From Somniosus microcephalus (lineage: Eukaryota), in contig JBMRGM010000040.1 in NCBI GenBank assembly GCA_052327205.1, positions 48,732,001 through 48,796,000 of the forward strand: a DNA stretch of 64,000 bases, read 5' to 3'. Below are positions 22,601 through 36,500 of this stretch, in pieces. Position numbers and translations under genes: made by a program. The notes beneath the pieces are model-generated. The model was given only the letters and a program-made list of their open reading frames with translations, searched no databases and was not told where the DNA came from. Every line of letters starts with the position of its first letter. The first letter of the stretch is position 1.

Positions 22601-25600
22601 CAATGGTCCTTCCTCCGCCCATGTGAGAGGATAAGTCTCACAAACTCTCCCCCATGGTCCTTCCTCCGTCCATGTGAGAGGGTAAGTCACACAAACTCTC
22701 CCCAATGGTCCTTCCTCCACCCATGTGAGAGGGTAAGTCACACAAACTCTCCCCCATGGTCCTTCCTCCACCCATGTGGAAGGTTAAGCCTCACAAACTG
22801 TCGCCCATGGTCCTTCCTCCACCCAAGTGAGAGGGTATATCTCAGACTCTCTCCACCATGGTCCTTCCTCCGCCCATGAAAGAGGGTGTGTCTCACAAAC
22901 TTTCCCCCGTGGTCCTCCCTCCACCCATGCCAGATGGTAAGACTCACAAACTCCCCCCCATGGTCCTACCTCTCCCCATGTGAGAGGGTAAGTCTCACAA
23001 ACTCTCCCCCATGGTCCTTCCTCTGCCCATCTGGGAGGGTAATTCTCACAAACTCTCCCCATGGTCCTTCCTCCGCCCATGTGAGAGGGTAAGTCTCGCA
23101 AACTCTCCCACATGGTCCTTCCTCCGCCCATGTGAGAGGGAAAGTCTCACAAACTCTCCCCATGGGCCTTCCACCGCCCATGTGAAAGGGTAAGTCTCAC
23201 AAACTCTGCCCAATGGACCTTCGTCCGCCCATATGCCTCAGATATTCTCCCCATGATCCTTCCTCCCCCCATGTGAGAGGGTAAGTCTCACAAACTATCC
23301 CCCATGGTCCTTCCTCCGCCCATGTGTGAGGGTAAGTCGCACAATCTCTCCGCCATGGTCCTTCCTCAACCCATGTGAGAGGGTAAGTCTCACAAACTCT
23401 CCGCCATGGACCTTCCTCCCCCCAAGTGAGAGGGTAAGTCTCACAAACTCTCCCCCATGGTCCTTCCTCCGCCCATGTGAGAGGCTAAGTCTCACAAACT
23501 CTGCCCCATGGACCTTCGTCCACCCATGTGAGAGGCTAACTCACACAAACTCTCCCCCATGGTCCTTCCTCCGCCCATGTGATTGGGTAAGTCTCGCAAA
23601 CTCTCCCACATGGTCCTTCCTCCGCCCATGTGAGAGGGAAAGTCTCACAAACTCTCCCCATGGGCCTTCCTCCGCCCATGTGAGAGGGTAAGTCTCGCCA
23701 TCTCTCCCCCACTGTCCTTCCTCCACCCATGTGAGCGGGTCAGTCTCACAAACTCTCCCCCATGGTCTTTCCTCCGCCAATGTGAGAGGTTTAAGTCTCA
23801 TAATCTCTCCCCCATTGTCCTTCCTCCGCCCATGTGAGAGGGTAAGTCTCACAAACTCTCCCCCATGGTCCTTACTCCGCCCATGTGAGAGGGTAAGCCT
23901 CACAGACTCACCCCAGGGTCCTTCCTCCGCCCATGTGAGAGGCTAAGTCTCACAAAATCTCCAGCATGGTCCTTCCTCCCCCATGTGACAGGGTAAGTCT
24001 CACAAACTCTCCCCCATTGTCCTTCCTCCGCCCTTGTGAGAGGGTAAGTCTCACAAACTCTCCCCATGGTCCTTCCTCTGCCCATGTGAGAGGGTGAGTC
24101 TCATAAACTCTCCCGCACGGTCGTTCCTCTGCCGATGTGAGTGGGTAAGTCTCACAGACTCACCCATGGTCCTTCCTCTGCCCATGTGAGAGGGTAAGCC
24201 TCACAAACTCTCCACCATGGTCCTTCCTCTGCCCATGTGAGAGGGTAAGTCTCAAACACTCTCCCCCATGGTCCTTCCTCTGCCCATGTGAGAGGGTAAG
24301 TCTCACAAACACTCCCCCATGGTCCATCCTCCGCCCATGTGAGAGGGTAAGCCTCACAAACTCTCCACCATGGTCCTTCCTCCGCCCTTGTGAGAGGGTA
24401 AGCCTCAGAAACTCTCCTCCTTGGTCCATCCTCCTCCCATGTGAGAGGGTAAGTCTCACAAACTCTCCCCATGGTCCTTCCTCTGCCCATGTGAGAGGGT
24501 GAGTCTCACAAACACTCCCCCAAGATCCTTCCTCCGCCCATGTGAGAGGGTAAATCTCACAAACTCCCCCCATGGCCCTTCCTCTGCACATGTGAGTGGG
24601 TAAGTCTCAAAAACTCGCCCCCATGGTCCTTCCTCCGCCCATGTGAGAGCGTAAGTCTCACAAATTCCCCCCGTGTTCCTTCCTCTGACATTGTGAGAGG
24701 GTAAGTCTCACATCTCTCCCCCATGGTCCATCCTCCGCCCATGTGAGAGGGTAAGCCTCACATCTCTCCCCCATGGTCCATCCCCCGCCCATGTGACAGG
24801 GTAAGTCTCACAAACTCTCACGTATGTTCCTTCCTCCGCCCATGTGACAGGGAAAGTCTCAGAAACTCTCCCAGGTGGTCCTTCCTCCGCCGATGAGAGA
24901 GGGTATGTCTCACAAACTCCCCCATGGTCCTTCCTCCGCCCATGTGAGAGAGTAAGTCTCACAAATTCTCCCCCGTGATCCTTCCTCCGAATTTGGGAGA
25001 GGGTAAGTCTCACAAAATCTCCCTCATAGTCCATCCGCAGCCAATGTCAGAGGGTAAGTCCAGCAAACTCTCCCCCATTGTCCGTCCTCCACCCATGTGA
25101 GAGGGTAAGTCTCGCCATCTCTCCCCCATTGTCCTTCCTCTGCCCATGTGAGAGGGTCAGTCTCACAAACTCTCCCCCATGGTCCTTCCTCCACCAATGT
25201 GAGAGGTTTAAGTCTCATAATCTCGCCCCCATTGTCCTTCCTCCGCCCATGTGAGAGGGTAAGTCTCACAAACTCTCCCCCATGGTCCTTCCTCTGCCCA
25301 TGTGAGACAGTAAGTCTCATAAACTCTCCCGCACGGTCGTTCCTCTGCCGATGTGAGTGGGTAAGTCTCACAAACTCTCCCCATGGTCCTTCCTCTGCCC
25401 ATGAGAGAGGGTTAGTCTCATAAACTCTCCCGCACGGTCGTTCCTCTGCCGATGTGAGTGGGTAAGTCTCACAGACTCACCCACGGTCCTTCCTCTGCCC
25501 ATGTGAGAGGGTCAGTCTCACAAACTCTCCCCCATGGTCCTTCCTCTGCCCATGTGAGAGGGTAAGTCTCACAAACACTCCCCCATGGTCCTTCCTCCGC

Positions 25601-28600
25601 CCTTGTGAGAGGTTAAGCCTCAGAAACTCTCCTCCTTGGTCCTTCCTCCTCCCATGTGAGGGGGTAAGTCTCACAAACTCTCCCCATGGTCCTTCCTCTG
25701 CCCATCTGAGAGGGTGAGTCTCACAAACACTCCCCCAAATCCTTCCTCCGCCCATGTGAGAGGGTAAATCTCACAAACTCCCCCCATGGCCCTTCCTCTG
25801 CACATGTGAGTGGGTAAGTCTCAAAAACTCGCCCCCATGGTCCTTCCTCCGCCCATGTGAGTGCGTAAGTCTCACAAATTCCCCCCGTGTTCCTTCCTCT
25901 GACATTGTGAGAGGGTAAGTCTCACATCTCTCCCCCATGGTCCATCCTCCGCCCATGTGACAGGGTAAGTCTCACAAACTCTCACGTCTGTTCCTTCCTC
26001 CGCCCATGTGACAGGGAAAGTCTCAGAAACTCTCCCAGGTGGTCCTTCCTCCGCCCACGTGAGAGGCTAAGTCTCACAAACTCTCCCCCATGTTCCATTC
26101 TCCGCCCATGTGAGAGGGTAAGTCTCACAAACACTCCCCCATGGTCCTTCCTCCGCCCATGTGAGAGGGTAAGTCTCACAAACTCTCCCCCATGGTCCTT
26201 CCTCCTCCCACATGAGAGGGTAATTCTCACAAACTCTCCCCGATGGTCCTTCCTCCGCCCATGTGAGAGAGTAAGTCTCACAAACACTCCAACATATTCC
26301 TTTTTCCGCCCATGTGAGAGGGTAAGTCCCACAAATGCTCCCCCATGGTCCTTACTCCGCACATGTGAGAGGGTAAGTCTGACAAACTCTCCCCATGTTC
26401 CATCCTCTGCCCATGTGAGTGGATCAGTAGCACAAACTCTCCCCCATGGTCCTTCCTCTGCCCATGTGAGAGGGTAAGTATCAAACACTCTCCCCCATGG
26501 TCCTTCCTCTGCCCATGTGAGAGGTTAAGTCTCAGAAACACTCCACCATAGTCCTTCCTCCGCCCATGTGAGTGGGTAAGCCTCACAAACTCTCCCCATG
26601 GCCCTTCCTCTGCCCAGGTGAGAGGGTCAGTCTTACAAACTCTCCCCCATGGTACTTCCTCTGCCCATGTGAGAGGATAAGTCTCACACACTCTCCCCCA
26701 TGGTCCTTCCTCTGCTCATGTGAGAGGGTAAGTCTCACAAACACTCCCCCATGGTCCATCCTCCGCCCATGTGAGAGGGTAATCCTCACAAACTCGCCAC
26801 CATGGTCCTTCCTCCGCCCTTGTGAGAGGGTAAGCCTCACAAACTCTCCTCCTTGGTCCTTGCTCCTCCCATGTGAGAGGGTAAGTCTGACAAACTCTCC
26901 CCATAGTCCTTCCTCTGCCCATGTGAGAGGGTGAGTCTCACAAACATTCCCCCAAGATCCTTCCTCCGCCCATGTGAGAGGGTAAATCTCACAAACTCCC
27001 CCCATGGCCCTTCCTCTGCACATGTGAGTGGGTAAGTCTCAAAAACTCGCCCCCATGGTCCTTCCTCCGCCCATGTGAGAGGGAAAGTCTCACAAACTCT
27101 CCCCATGGGCCTTCCTCCACCCATGTGAGAGGTTGAGTCTCACAAACTCTGCCCAATGGACCTTCGTCCACCCATATCTCCCCATGATCCTTCCTCCCCT
27201 CAGGTGAGAGGGTAAGTCTCGCAAAATCTCCCCCATGATCATTCCGCGACACATGTGAGAGGGTAAGACTCGCAAACTCTCCCCCATCCGCCTTCCTCCG
27301 CCCATGTGAGAGAGTAAGTCACACAAACTCTCCCCCATGGTCCTTCTTCCGCCCATGTGAGAGAGTAAGTCGCACAAACTCTCCCCCATGTTCCTTCCTC
27401 CGCCCATGTGAAAGGTTAAGTCTCACAAACACTCCCCATGGACCTTCCTCCACCCATGTGAGAGGGTAAGTTACACAAACACTCCCCCATGGGCATTCCT
27501 CCCCCCATGTGATTGGGTTAGTCTAACAAACTCTCCCCCATGACGCTTCCTCCGCCCATGTGAGAGGGTATATCTCAAAATCTCTCATCCACGGTCCTTC
27601 CTTCGCCCATGAAAGACGGTGTGTCTCACAAACTCTCCCCGTGGTCCTCCCTCCGCCCATGTGAGAGGGTAAGTCTCACAAACTCACCCCCATTGTCCAA
27701 CCTCCGCCCGTGTGAGAGGATAAGTCTCACAAACTCTCCCCCATGGTCCTTCCTGCGCCCATGTGAGAGGGTAAGTCTCACAAACTCTTCCACATTGTCC
27801 TACCTCCGCCCATGTGAGAGGGTAAGTCTAACAAACTCTCCCCCGTGGTCCTCCCTCCGCCCATGTGAGAGGGTAAGCCTCACAAACTCTCCCCCATGGT
27901 CCCTCCTCCGCCCATGTGAGAGGTTACGTCTCACAAACTCTCACCCATGTTCCTTCCTCCGCCCATGTGCCCCGGAAAGTCTCACAATCTATCCCCCATG
28001 GCCCTTCCTCCGCCCATGTGATAGGATAAGTCTCACAAACTCTCCCCCATGGTCGTTGCTCCGCCCATGTGAGAGGGTAAGTCTCACAAACACTCCAACA
28101 TGTTCCTTCCTCCGCCCATGTGAGAGGGTAAGTCTCAGAAACGCTCCCCCATGGTCCTTCCCCCGCACATGTGAGAGGGTAAATCTGACAAACATCCCCC
28201 ATGGTCCTACCTCCGCCTATGTGAGAGAGTAAGTCTCACAAACTGTACCCATGGTCCTTCCTCCGCCCATGGGAGAGGGTAAGTCTCCCAAACTCTCCCC
28301 CATGGTCCTTCCTCCGCCTTTGTGAGAGGGTGAGGCTCACAAACACTCCCCCATGGTCATTCCTCTGCCCATGTGAGAGGGTAATTGTCCAAAACGCTCC
28401 CCATGGTCCTTCCTCCGCCGATGTGAGAGGGTACGTCTCGCAATCTCCCGCACATGGTCATTCCTCCGCCCATGAGAGAAGGTATGTCTCACAAAATCAC
28501 CCATGTTCCTTCCTCCGCCCATTTGAGAGGATAAGCCTCACAAACTCTCCCCATTGTCCTTCCTCCCCCCATGTGAGAGAGTAATTCTCACAAACTCTCC

Positions 28601-28707
28601 CCCATGGTCCTCCCTCTGCCCATGCGAGAGGGTAAGCCTCAAAGGCTCACCCCCATGATCATTCCTCCACCCATGAGAGAGGTTAAGTCTCACAAACTCT
28701 CACCCAT
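13645..28707. repeat. 51-bp tandem satellite, left block (~295 monomers)
   Basis: Consensus CCCATGTGAGAGGGTAAGTCTCACAAACTCTCCCCCATGGTCCTTCCTCCG, head-to-tail, with diverged monomers. Confidence 0.99.
15185..25272. repeat. Higher-order repeat of ~2.7 kb (~53 monomers), 4 copies, one lacking ~0.7 kb
   Basis: The variant marker CTCTCCCCCCTGGTCCTTCCTCTCCCCAATGG occurs at 15185, 17881, 19877 and 22575 (spacings 2696, 1996, 2698). Identical spurious ORFs recur at the same periods. Confidence 0.93.
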
Positions 28708-29492
28708 TGTAATGTATATACCTTTAAGGAGGGAACTATTTTTTACAGCTCATGTATACTGCAGTACCGGCAGTGACCACACCTGTATATAACTCTGAGT
28801 AGTAATCTGTACAGATCAGTTGCAGTGTGAGCAAAGTTAAGTAAACACCTGTTGTACCGTTCTCTGCAGTCTGTGTCTTATTATACACGGACGCAATATT
28901 GGCGACGAGGCAGGTTCGAACCTATCTGCAACTCTGCATCACCTCCCGGGGATTCGTTCCTGGAGATCAGTGGATTGGAGGTGAAGGCCAGAGAATTGGG
29001 CGTCGACCAAGGGCAACCTCCCAGTCATCCAGCAGAGACTCGAGAATTGCAGGGGAGGCTGTCGAGAGCCAGGCTTGGCTTTCCAGTCGAGGTGGTCCAG
29101 CGAAACGGGCTGGCAACAGGTAGTGCACAGACCCTTCCCGGACAGTGGCGGGCTAGAACCCGACCAAGCACACAGCAAAGGGCCGAGCAGCATCGACGAG
29201 GTAGAGAGAGAGAGAGGGCAGAGCGCACAGGGCGCAGCCAGGGTTCAGTGGCCGAGCAGCGTCGGAGAGAGGGAGAGAGAGCCGCACAGAAACCCGCGAG
29301 ACGCCGCCATTGCCATGAGGACTGCCGAGCGCGGCGTTGGCAGCAGTGCAGGAGAAGCGCACAAAACCTACAGGGCGGCGCCATTGCCACGAGAACCGCC
29401 GGGAGCGGTGTTGGCAGCAGCAGGGGAGGAAGGAAAACGCGGGAGACGCCATTTTAAGCCATTGGGAGACGCCATTTTAAACCACACCCAAA

Positions 29493-32400
29493 ATGCCGAA
29501 GAGTGGCAGTATCACCGCATTTGACAATGAAGTCGAAGATTGGACTACATATGTCGAACGAATAGAGGTGTCCTGCAAGGCAAATTATGTGTCAGATGGC
29601 AAGAAAGCGTCGGTATTGTTAAATTTAATGGGTGCAAAGACGTATGGTTTATTACGAAATCTAGTAACCCCAACGAAGCCAATGGAAAGGAGTTTTGAAG
29701 ACATAGTAACGAAACTAAAGGAACATTTAAACCCCACACCGCTGCTGATAGCAGAAAGATTCAAGTTTCACAAACGGAACCAGCATAAGGATGAAAGCAA
29801 TGCTGATTATTTAACAGAACTGCGCAAACTAGCGAAACACTGCTAATTTGGAGCGGGACTGGCAGATACCTTAAGGGACAAGTTTGTGTGTGGGCTTCAA
29901 ATTGAAGGAACCCAGAAACGACTTTTATCTGAAAAGGACCTTACGCTGGAAAGGGCTTTCAGCATTGCGGTATCATATGAAGCATCAGCACGGGGCGCTG
30001 CAGTGATATAACAGAGACCGCACGAATATGGCACAAACGAAATGTCATATGGAACAGAGAAGTGCTATCGCTGCGGCAGAACAACACACGACCAGAATGA
30101 TTGCTGGTTCAAAGACAAAGTGTGCAGACAGTGTGGAAAAGTAGGACATATAGCACGAGTCTGCAGGTCGGGAAGAAAACAAGCAATAAGAAACCTACCA
30201 AAGGAAAGTCCAAGAAGGTACATAAGATGACGGAGAATAGTTCAGACGAACAAAAGAGTGATAACGACTCCAAAAGCAGGGAACTGAGTTGTCTGAAACT
30301 GCATAATGTGATCACAATGGAGATTCACGGAACCATTTGGGTAACTCTCAAGATAGCAGGAGTCAAGGTAAAGATGGAATTGGACACAGGATCAGCCCTA
30401 ACAGTCATAAACTGACGTTACTACGAGCGGCTATTCTCAGACATACGCTTGAGAGACACAAGCATTATTTTGAAGACGTACACTGGGCAAAAAGACTACC
30501 CGAAAAGATAAATAAGGGTGACCGTTATATATATCGGTGAGAAAACATCAAAACTAGACCTGTGTGTATTGCAAGATGGAGGACCACCATTACTGGGACC
30601 TGAATGGATCCGGAAAGCACAGCTGCATTGGCATTCCATACAGGCACTGACTGTGGCTGACAAAAAGGATGATGACTTCACACCTGGGCGACTGTCAAAG
30701 ATCCTAACTGACGCGAAAGAAGTGTTCCAGCAAGGACTCGGAACACTAAAAGGCATGACAGCGAAGATTAAATTTGAAGAAAACGCAAGCCCAAAATTGT
30801 TTACGGCCAGACCGGTACCTTATACGATCCGCCCAGACGTCGATGCAGAGCTGGAGAGTCTGGAACGTTCAGGTGTACTGTCCAAGGTAGACTGGAGCGA
30901 ATGGGCTACACCCATCGCCCCTGTGATGAAAAAGTCATTGAGCAGCACACCTGGGGAACCAAGGAAGGTTCGCATCTGTGAGGACTTTAAGGTAACAGTG
31001 AACCCGATCCTTCACACCGTACAATATCCACTTCCGTGGAATGAAGATATTTTCGCCTCGCTATCTGGAGGGAAACGCTTCACTAAGAATGATCTGGCGT
31101 AGGCGTATCTGCAAATGGAGGTAGAAGAAGCATCAAAATAATACCTCTAATCAACTCGCATAAAGGTCTCTACCAATACAACCAGCTGGTATTCGGGGTA
31201 GTATCAGCTCCGGCTATTTGGCAGAGGGCAATGGAACAAGTCCTGCAAGGGATCCCAGGGACCCAATGTTATTTGGACAACATCCTCGTCACGGGCAAAA
31301 ATGACAGTGATCACCTTGCCAAGCTGGAGCAGGTGCTCACTAGATTGCAGGAATATGGGTTCCGAGCTAACCGCCCCAAATGCGAGTTATTTAGAAAACA
31401 GATCTCGTATTGTTGCCACGTTATCGATAAAGAGGGGTTACATAATTCCCTAGAGAAGATTGAGGCTGAAGTCAAGGCTCCAGCACCGGAAAATGTGTCA
31501 CAACTGAGGTCGTTCCTCGGGCTGGTAAACTACTACCATAAGTTCTTGCCAAATTTGTGTACAATTCTACACCAACTGAACACCCTACTGCAAACTGGGG
31601 TGCCATGGAAGTGAAGTGACGAATGTAGACGAGCTTTCCAGAAGAGCAATACACTAATCACATCGAAAGAGGTCTTGGCCCATTACAACCCGGCATTACC
31701 AATTCGTTTGGCATGTGATGCGTCACCCTACGGCATTGGAGCGGTGCTGCCGCACAAATTCTCGAACGGCTCAGAGAGGCCAACAGCCTTTGCGCCACGA
31801 TCACTAACCTCTGCCGAGCATAACTACGCCCAGATTGACAGGGATGCCCTCAGCCTAGTGTGGGGAATGAAAAAGTTCAATCACTATCTGCACGGGCAGA
31901 AATTCACCTTGCTGACTGATCACCAGCTTCTTGTCTCCATTTTTAATCCGAAGAAGGGCGTTCCGGTGATGACTGCACAATGACTACAAAGATGGTCACT
32001 TTTGCTAGGGGCGCACCTCTATGAGATTGAATATAAGGGCACGAAACAGCATGGAAATGCTGGTGGGCTATCACGCCTGCCACTGCCTACTGCGGAGGAA
32101 GCACCAGCAGTGGATCCTGTCGAAATATTCCATTCGACTATCGTTGAATACCTACCGGTAACTAACGCGTGTATCGAAAAGGAAACCCAAAATGACACGA
32201 CACTGTCTCGGGCATATGATTTGACGGTGAATGGATGGCCAAAACATGGTGCCTGACTGTTGCCAGCATTCTCGACAAGGAGAGAACAGCTGTCAGTGTG
32301 CCGGGAGGCCTTGATGTGTGGATCCCGAGTGGTAATTCCACCCAAGTTAAGGGATAGAGTGCTCAATGAGCTTCATGAGGGTCATCTGGGAGGGGTAAAA

Positions 32401-33445
32401 ATGAAAAGCCTAGCCAGGGCTAATGTGTGGTGGCCGGGAATCGATAAACAAATCGAGGACCTGAACAAGAGCTGCTCCGGATGCCAGATAGTGCAAAATG
32501 CACCACCACAGGCCCCTCTACACCCATGGGAGTGGCCCTCATCTCCATGGCAACGACTGCATATTGATTTTGCTGGTCCATTCATGGGCTCAATGTTTTT
32601 AATAGCCTTGGATGCGCACTCGAAATGGCTTAAAGGTATTCAAGATGTCCGCCACCACCACGGAGAGAACTATTGCAGTCCTACAGACCATCTTTGCCAG
32701 GAATGGCTAGCCAGAACAGATTTGCTCCGACAACGGACTACAGTTTGTGGCCGAAGATTTCCAGAGGTTCTTGAAAAAGAATGGGGTAAGGCATTATACA
32801 TCCGCCCCGTATCATCCAGCCACAAATGGATTGGCTGAGAGGTTCGTACAAACCTTTAAGAAGGCAATAAAGGCTATGTACAATGACAACATTCCACTGC
32901 AGCACAAGGTGGACAATTTCCTGTTCGCCTACTGGAATGCGACACATGCAGTCACCAACCAGGCCCCAGCCATGATGTTCTTTAACCGAAGGTTAAGATC
33001 TCGCCTGGATTTGCTCAGACCAAACGTACGAAGAGATTTTGAAAGTAAGCAACTCCAGTACATCCATGAGAAGCCAACAAGGAGCTTCAATGTTGGTGAA
33101 CCAGTCTTGGCCCACGATTACCGAACAGAGAAATGGCAGCCAGGAACGATATGCACACGGCAGGGCCGACTAATGTACACAGTGGACGTTGGGGAGAGCA
33201 TCGTGAGACGCCATGCTGAACAGATCATAGAGTCACAGGAACAAATCAACCACATGCCTCATCCATACGTACCTGGTGAAGAACCCAACGTACAGGTCGC
33301 ATCTAACCCAGAAAAAGCAGCATCGGAAGCTGATGAACCAACCGACGACAGGGGGCCAGAATCGCCTCCACACCAAGAGCAAGACACTCGGGAAAGGCGC
33401 TATCCAGAAAGGATAAGGAAGACTCCCCAAAGACTGAATATATAA
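29493..33445 (+). pseudogene. gag-pol of Gypsy element A (frameshifted, stops)
   Basis: Double CCHC (CYRCG..H..C; CRQCGKVGHIARVC), protease LDTGS, RT WATPI..CYLDNILV, RNase H CDASPYG, integrase HEGH..C..C, HIDFAGPF, GLAERFV. Confidence 0.93.
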
Positions 33446-33568
33446 ATAGACTACTTTCAGCTCATGTTGCATGTTAAAAGTGTTAATTGTAATTAGTTTG
33501 ATAGTTAATTGTTAAATGAGTGTTATGTTACTGCTAATCTAAAAGGAGAGGATTTGTAATGTATATAC

Positions 33569-36500
33569 TGTAGTGTATGTACCTTTAAGAGCCCCTGTGT
33601 ACTGTAATGCCGGTAGTGACCACTCGGGTATATAAGCCTGTATAGCATCTTGTATCTTTTAGTTCACCTCCAGACTTTGTTCAGTAAACACCTGTTAAAC
33701 CAACTCCTGCATTCCGTGTCTCCATTAACACACGGATACAACAGTGGCGACGAATTGGAAACGGAAGTACCTGCAATTCGGCAGCACCTCAAGGAGATCG
33801 ATTCCTCAGACGAAGGTCGAAGAAAAATAAGAAAAAAAGAAAAAACTGTGGTTTCACCAGCTAGCCGGGCTGGTGGCAGGTACTGCACTAATTCTTCCTG
33901 GGTGGCAGGCTGGGGCTCGATCGGCTGGCTCTGCAGCGGGGCCGAGCAGCGAAGGCGGAGGCAAACAGAGATGGAGGGTGGAGCACTCGGGAGACGGCCG
34001 GCGCTGCAAAGCAGGTCGGCATTCGGACCAAGCAGAGGGAGGGAAAAGTCCCAGAGAGTCCGGCGGGAACGAGTCTCCAACTATTAAAAATATCTGTGTA
34101 AATAAAAACCACAGAGAACAGCGTTGTCAGCAGCGGCAGCGGCGGGAAAGCGCGGGAGCGCCATTTTTTCTCATCGGGGAAGAAAGGAAAGTGCGGGAGG
34201 CGCCATTGTTGATTTTCAGGATGCCTAAAACTGGCAATATTACTGCTTTCGATAGTGATATAGAGGATTGGACCACATATGTGGAAAGTGTGGAGGTATA
34301 TTGCACAGCGAATGAAGTAGAGGATGTTAAAAAGGCATAGGTACTTCTAGATCTGATGGGTGCAAGGACATACGGGCTGTTACAAAACTTAATCACTCCA
34401 GCCAAACCGATGGACAAGAATTTTAAGCAGATTGTTGATACCCTACAGGAGCACTTCAACCCAACACCGCTGCTGATAGCGGAACAATTCAAATTCTTCA
34501 GGAGAAATCAGCACAAGAATGAAAGTAATGCTGATTACATCGCCGAATTAAGAAAGCTGCCAAAGCACTGCCAATTCGGGGCAGGACTGGCAGATTCTCG
34601 ACGAGACAAATTGGTCTGCGGTCTCCTAAGTGAAGGAACACAGAAAAGGCAACTTTCTGAGCAAGATTTGACACTGGACAAGGCTTTCAGTGTGGCTGTA
34701 TCATACAAAGCAGCAGCAAGAGGAGCTGCAGAGATACAGCAAAAGCCACAGGACTTCGGCACCCATGAAATGACACGGGGTTTCGAGAGATGTTATCGCT
34801 GCAGCAGATCCACCCATGACCAGAGGGACTGCTGGTTCAAGGACAAAGCATGCTGCCAATGCGGAAAGATGGGATACATTGCACGTGTATGCTGATCTGG
34901 AAACAAAAAATCCACTGACAGAAAAAAAATCAACAAGGAAAAGTACCGAAAGGTACAAATGATGATGGACAGTAGCTCCGAAGACCAGAAGAGTGATAGC
35001 GACTCCGGAAACAAGAGACTAAGCTGTCTCAAATTACATAATGTAATTGCCAAAGAAGATTACCGGACCATTTGGGTTACCCTCACGATAGCGGGGTCCC
35101 CAGTTAAAATGGAGCGAGATACAGGATCAGCTCTGACCGTCATATGTCGTTGGATTACAAGCGGCTATTTCCGCATATACCTTTGAAAGACATATCCATT
35201 ATCTTGAAGACATATACGGGGCAGAAAGTATACCCCAGAGGGAAAATAAGGGTGCCTGTTGTATACAACGGCAAGGAAATACAGAAGTTGTATTTATACG
35301 TTCTGCAAGATGGTGGTCCACTGCTGTTGGGACGTGAATGGATCAGGAAGATACGTTTAGACTGGCACTCCATTCAGGCACTGACGGTGACCAGTAAGAA
35401 AATAAATGATGATGACGTCATACCTGAACGATTAAAAGACATCTTGGCCAACGCCAGAGAAGTGTTTCAACAGGAACTAGGAACCGTGAAAGGCATTACC
35501 ACCTCAATAAAAGGGAAGATGCGGCAATTCCCAAGTTTTTTAATGCAAGGCCGGTGCCATACGCAATTCGTCCTGCAGTCGAGGCAGAGCTGGAGAATTT
35601 GGAAAAGGCAGGCATGTTATCCAAGGTAGATTGGAGCGAGTGGGCAACACCCATCATCCCGGTCATGAAGAAAATGTTGAATAATGATAAATCTGAAGAA
35701 CAGAGAAAAATTCGCATCTGTGGGGACTTCAAGGTGACTGTAAACCCGGTCCTTCACACGGTACAGTATCCTCTTCCGAGAATAGAAGATATTTTCGCCT
35801 CACTATCCGGAGGGAAACGTTTCACCAAAATTGACTTCGCACAGGCATATCTACAGATGGAGGTTGAGGAGACCTCTAAAAAGTATCTCACGATAAAGAC
35901 ACACAAAGGCCTGTACCAGTACAATCGACTGGTTTTCGGAGTAGCATCAGCTCCAGCTATCTGGCAAAGAGCTATGGAGCAAGTCCTGCAAGGTATTCCG
36001 GGGACTCAATGTTATTAATCGCTGGTGATGCACACTCCAAGTGGCCAGAGGTAATCAAGATGTCCTCCATCACCACGGAAAAAACGATCACAGTATTAAG
36101 GGCCACATTTGCCAGGAATGGGCTCCCTGAACAGACCTGTTCTGATAATGGACCGCTATTTGTGTCCGAAGATTTCAGGAAGTTCTTAAAAAACAATGGG
36201 GTTAAGCACTACACGTCCGCCCCATACCATCCCGCCAACAATGGATTGGCTGAAAGGTTTGTCCAGACCTTCAAGGAGGCCATAAAGGTCATGAGTATTG
36301 AAGACATAAATCTACAACAATAGGTAGATAACTTCTTGTTTGCGTACAGGAATGCAACACATGTGGTTACAAACCAAACTCCCGCCATTATGCTTTTCAA
36401 TAGAAGGCTAAGTTGCCGGCTGGATTTGATTAAGCCATACATCAGAAGGGACGTAGAGAACCGGCAATTTCAAGGCATGAATGAAAGGCCAACTAGAACC

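Noticed and set aside
28852-29524. Arg/Ala-rich ORFs upstream of Gypsy A gag (similar at 33650-34200)
   Set aside because: GC-rich leader with short internal repeats, open in several frames on both strands, and not conserved as protein between elements A and B.
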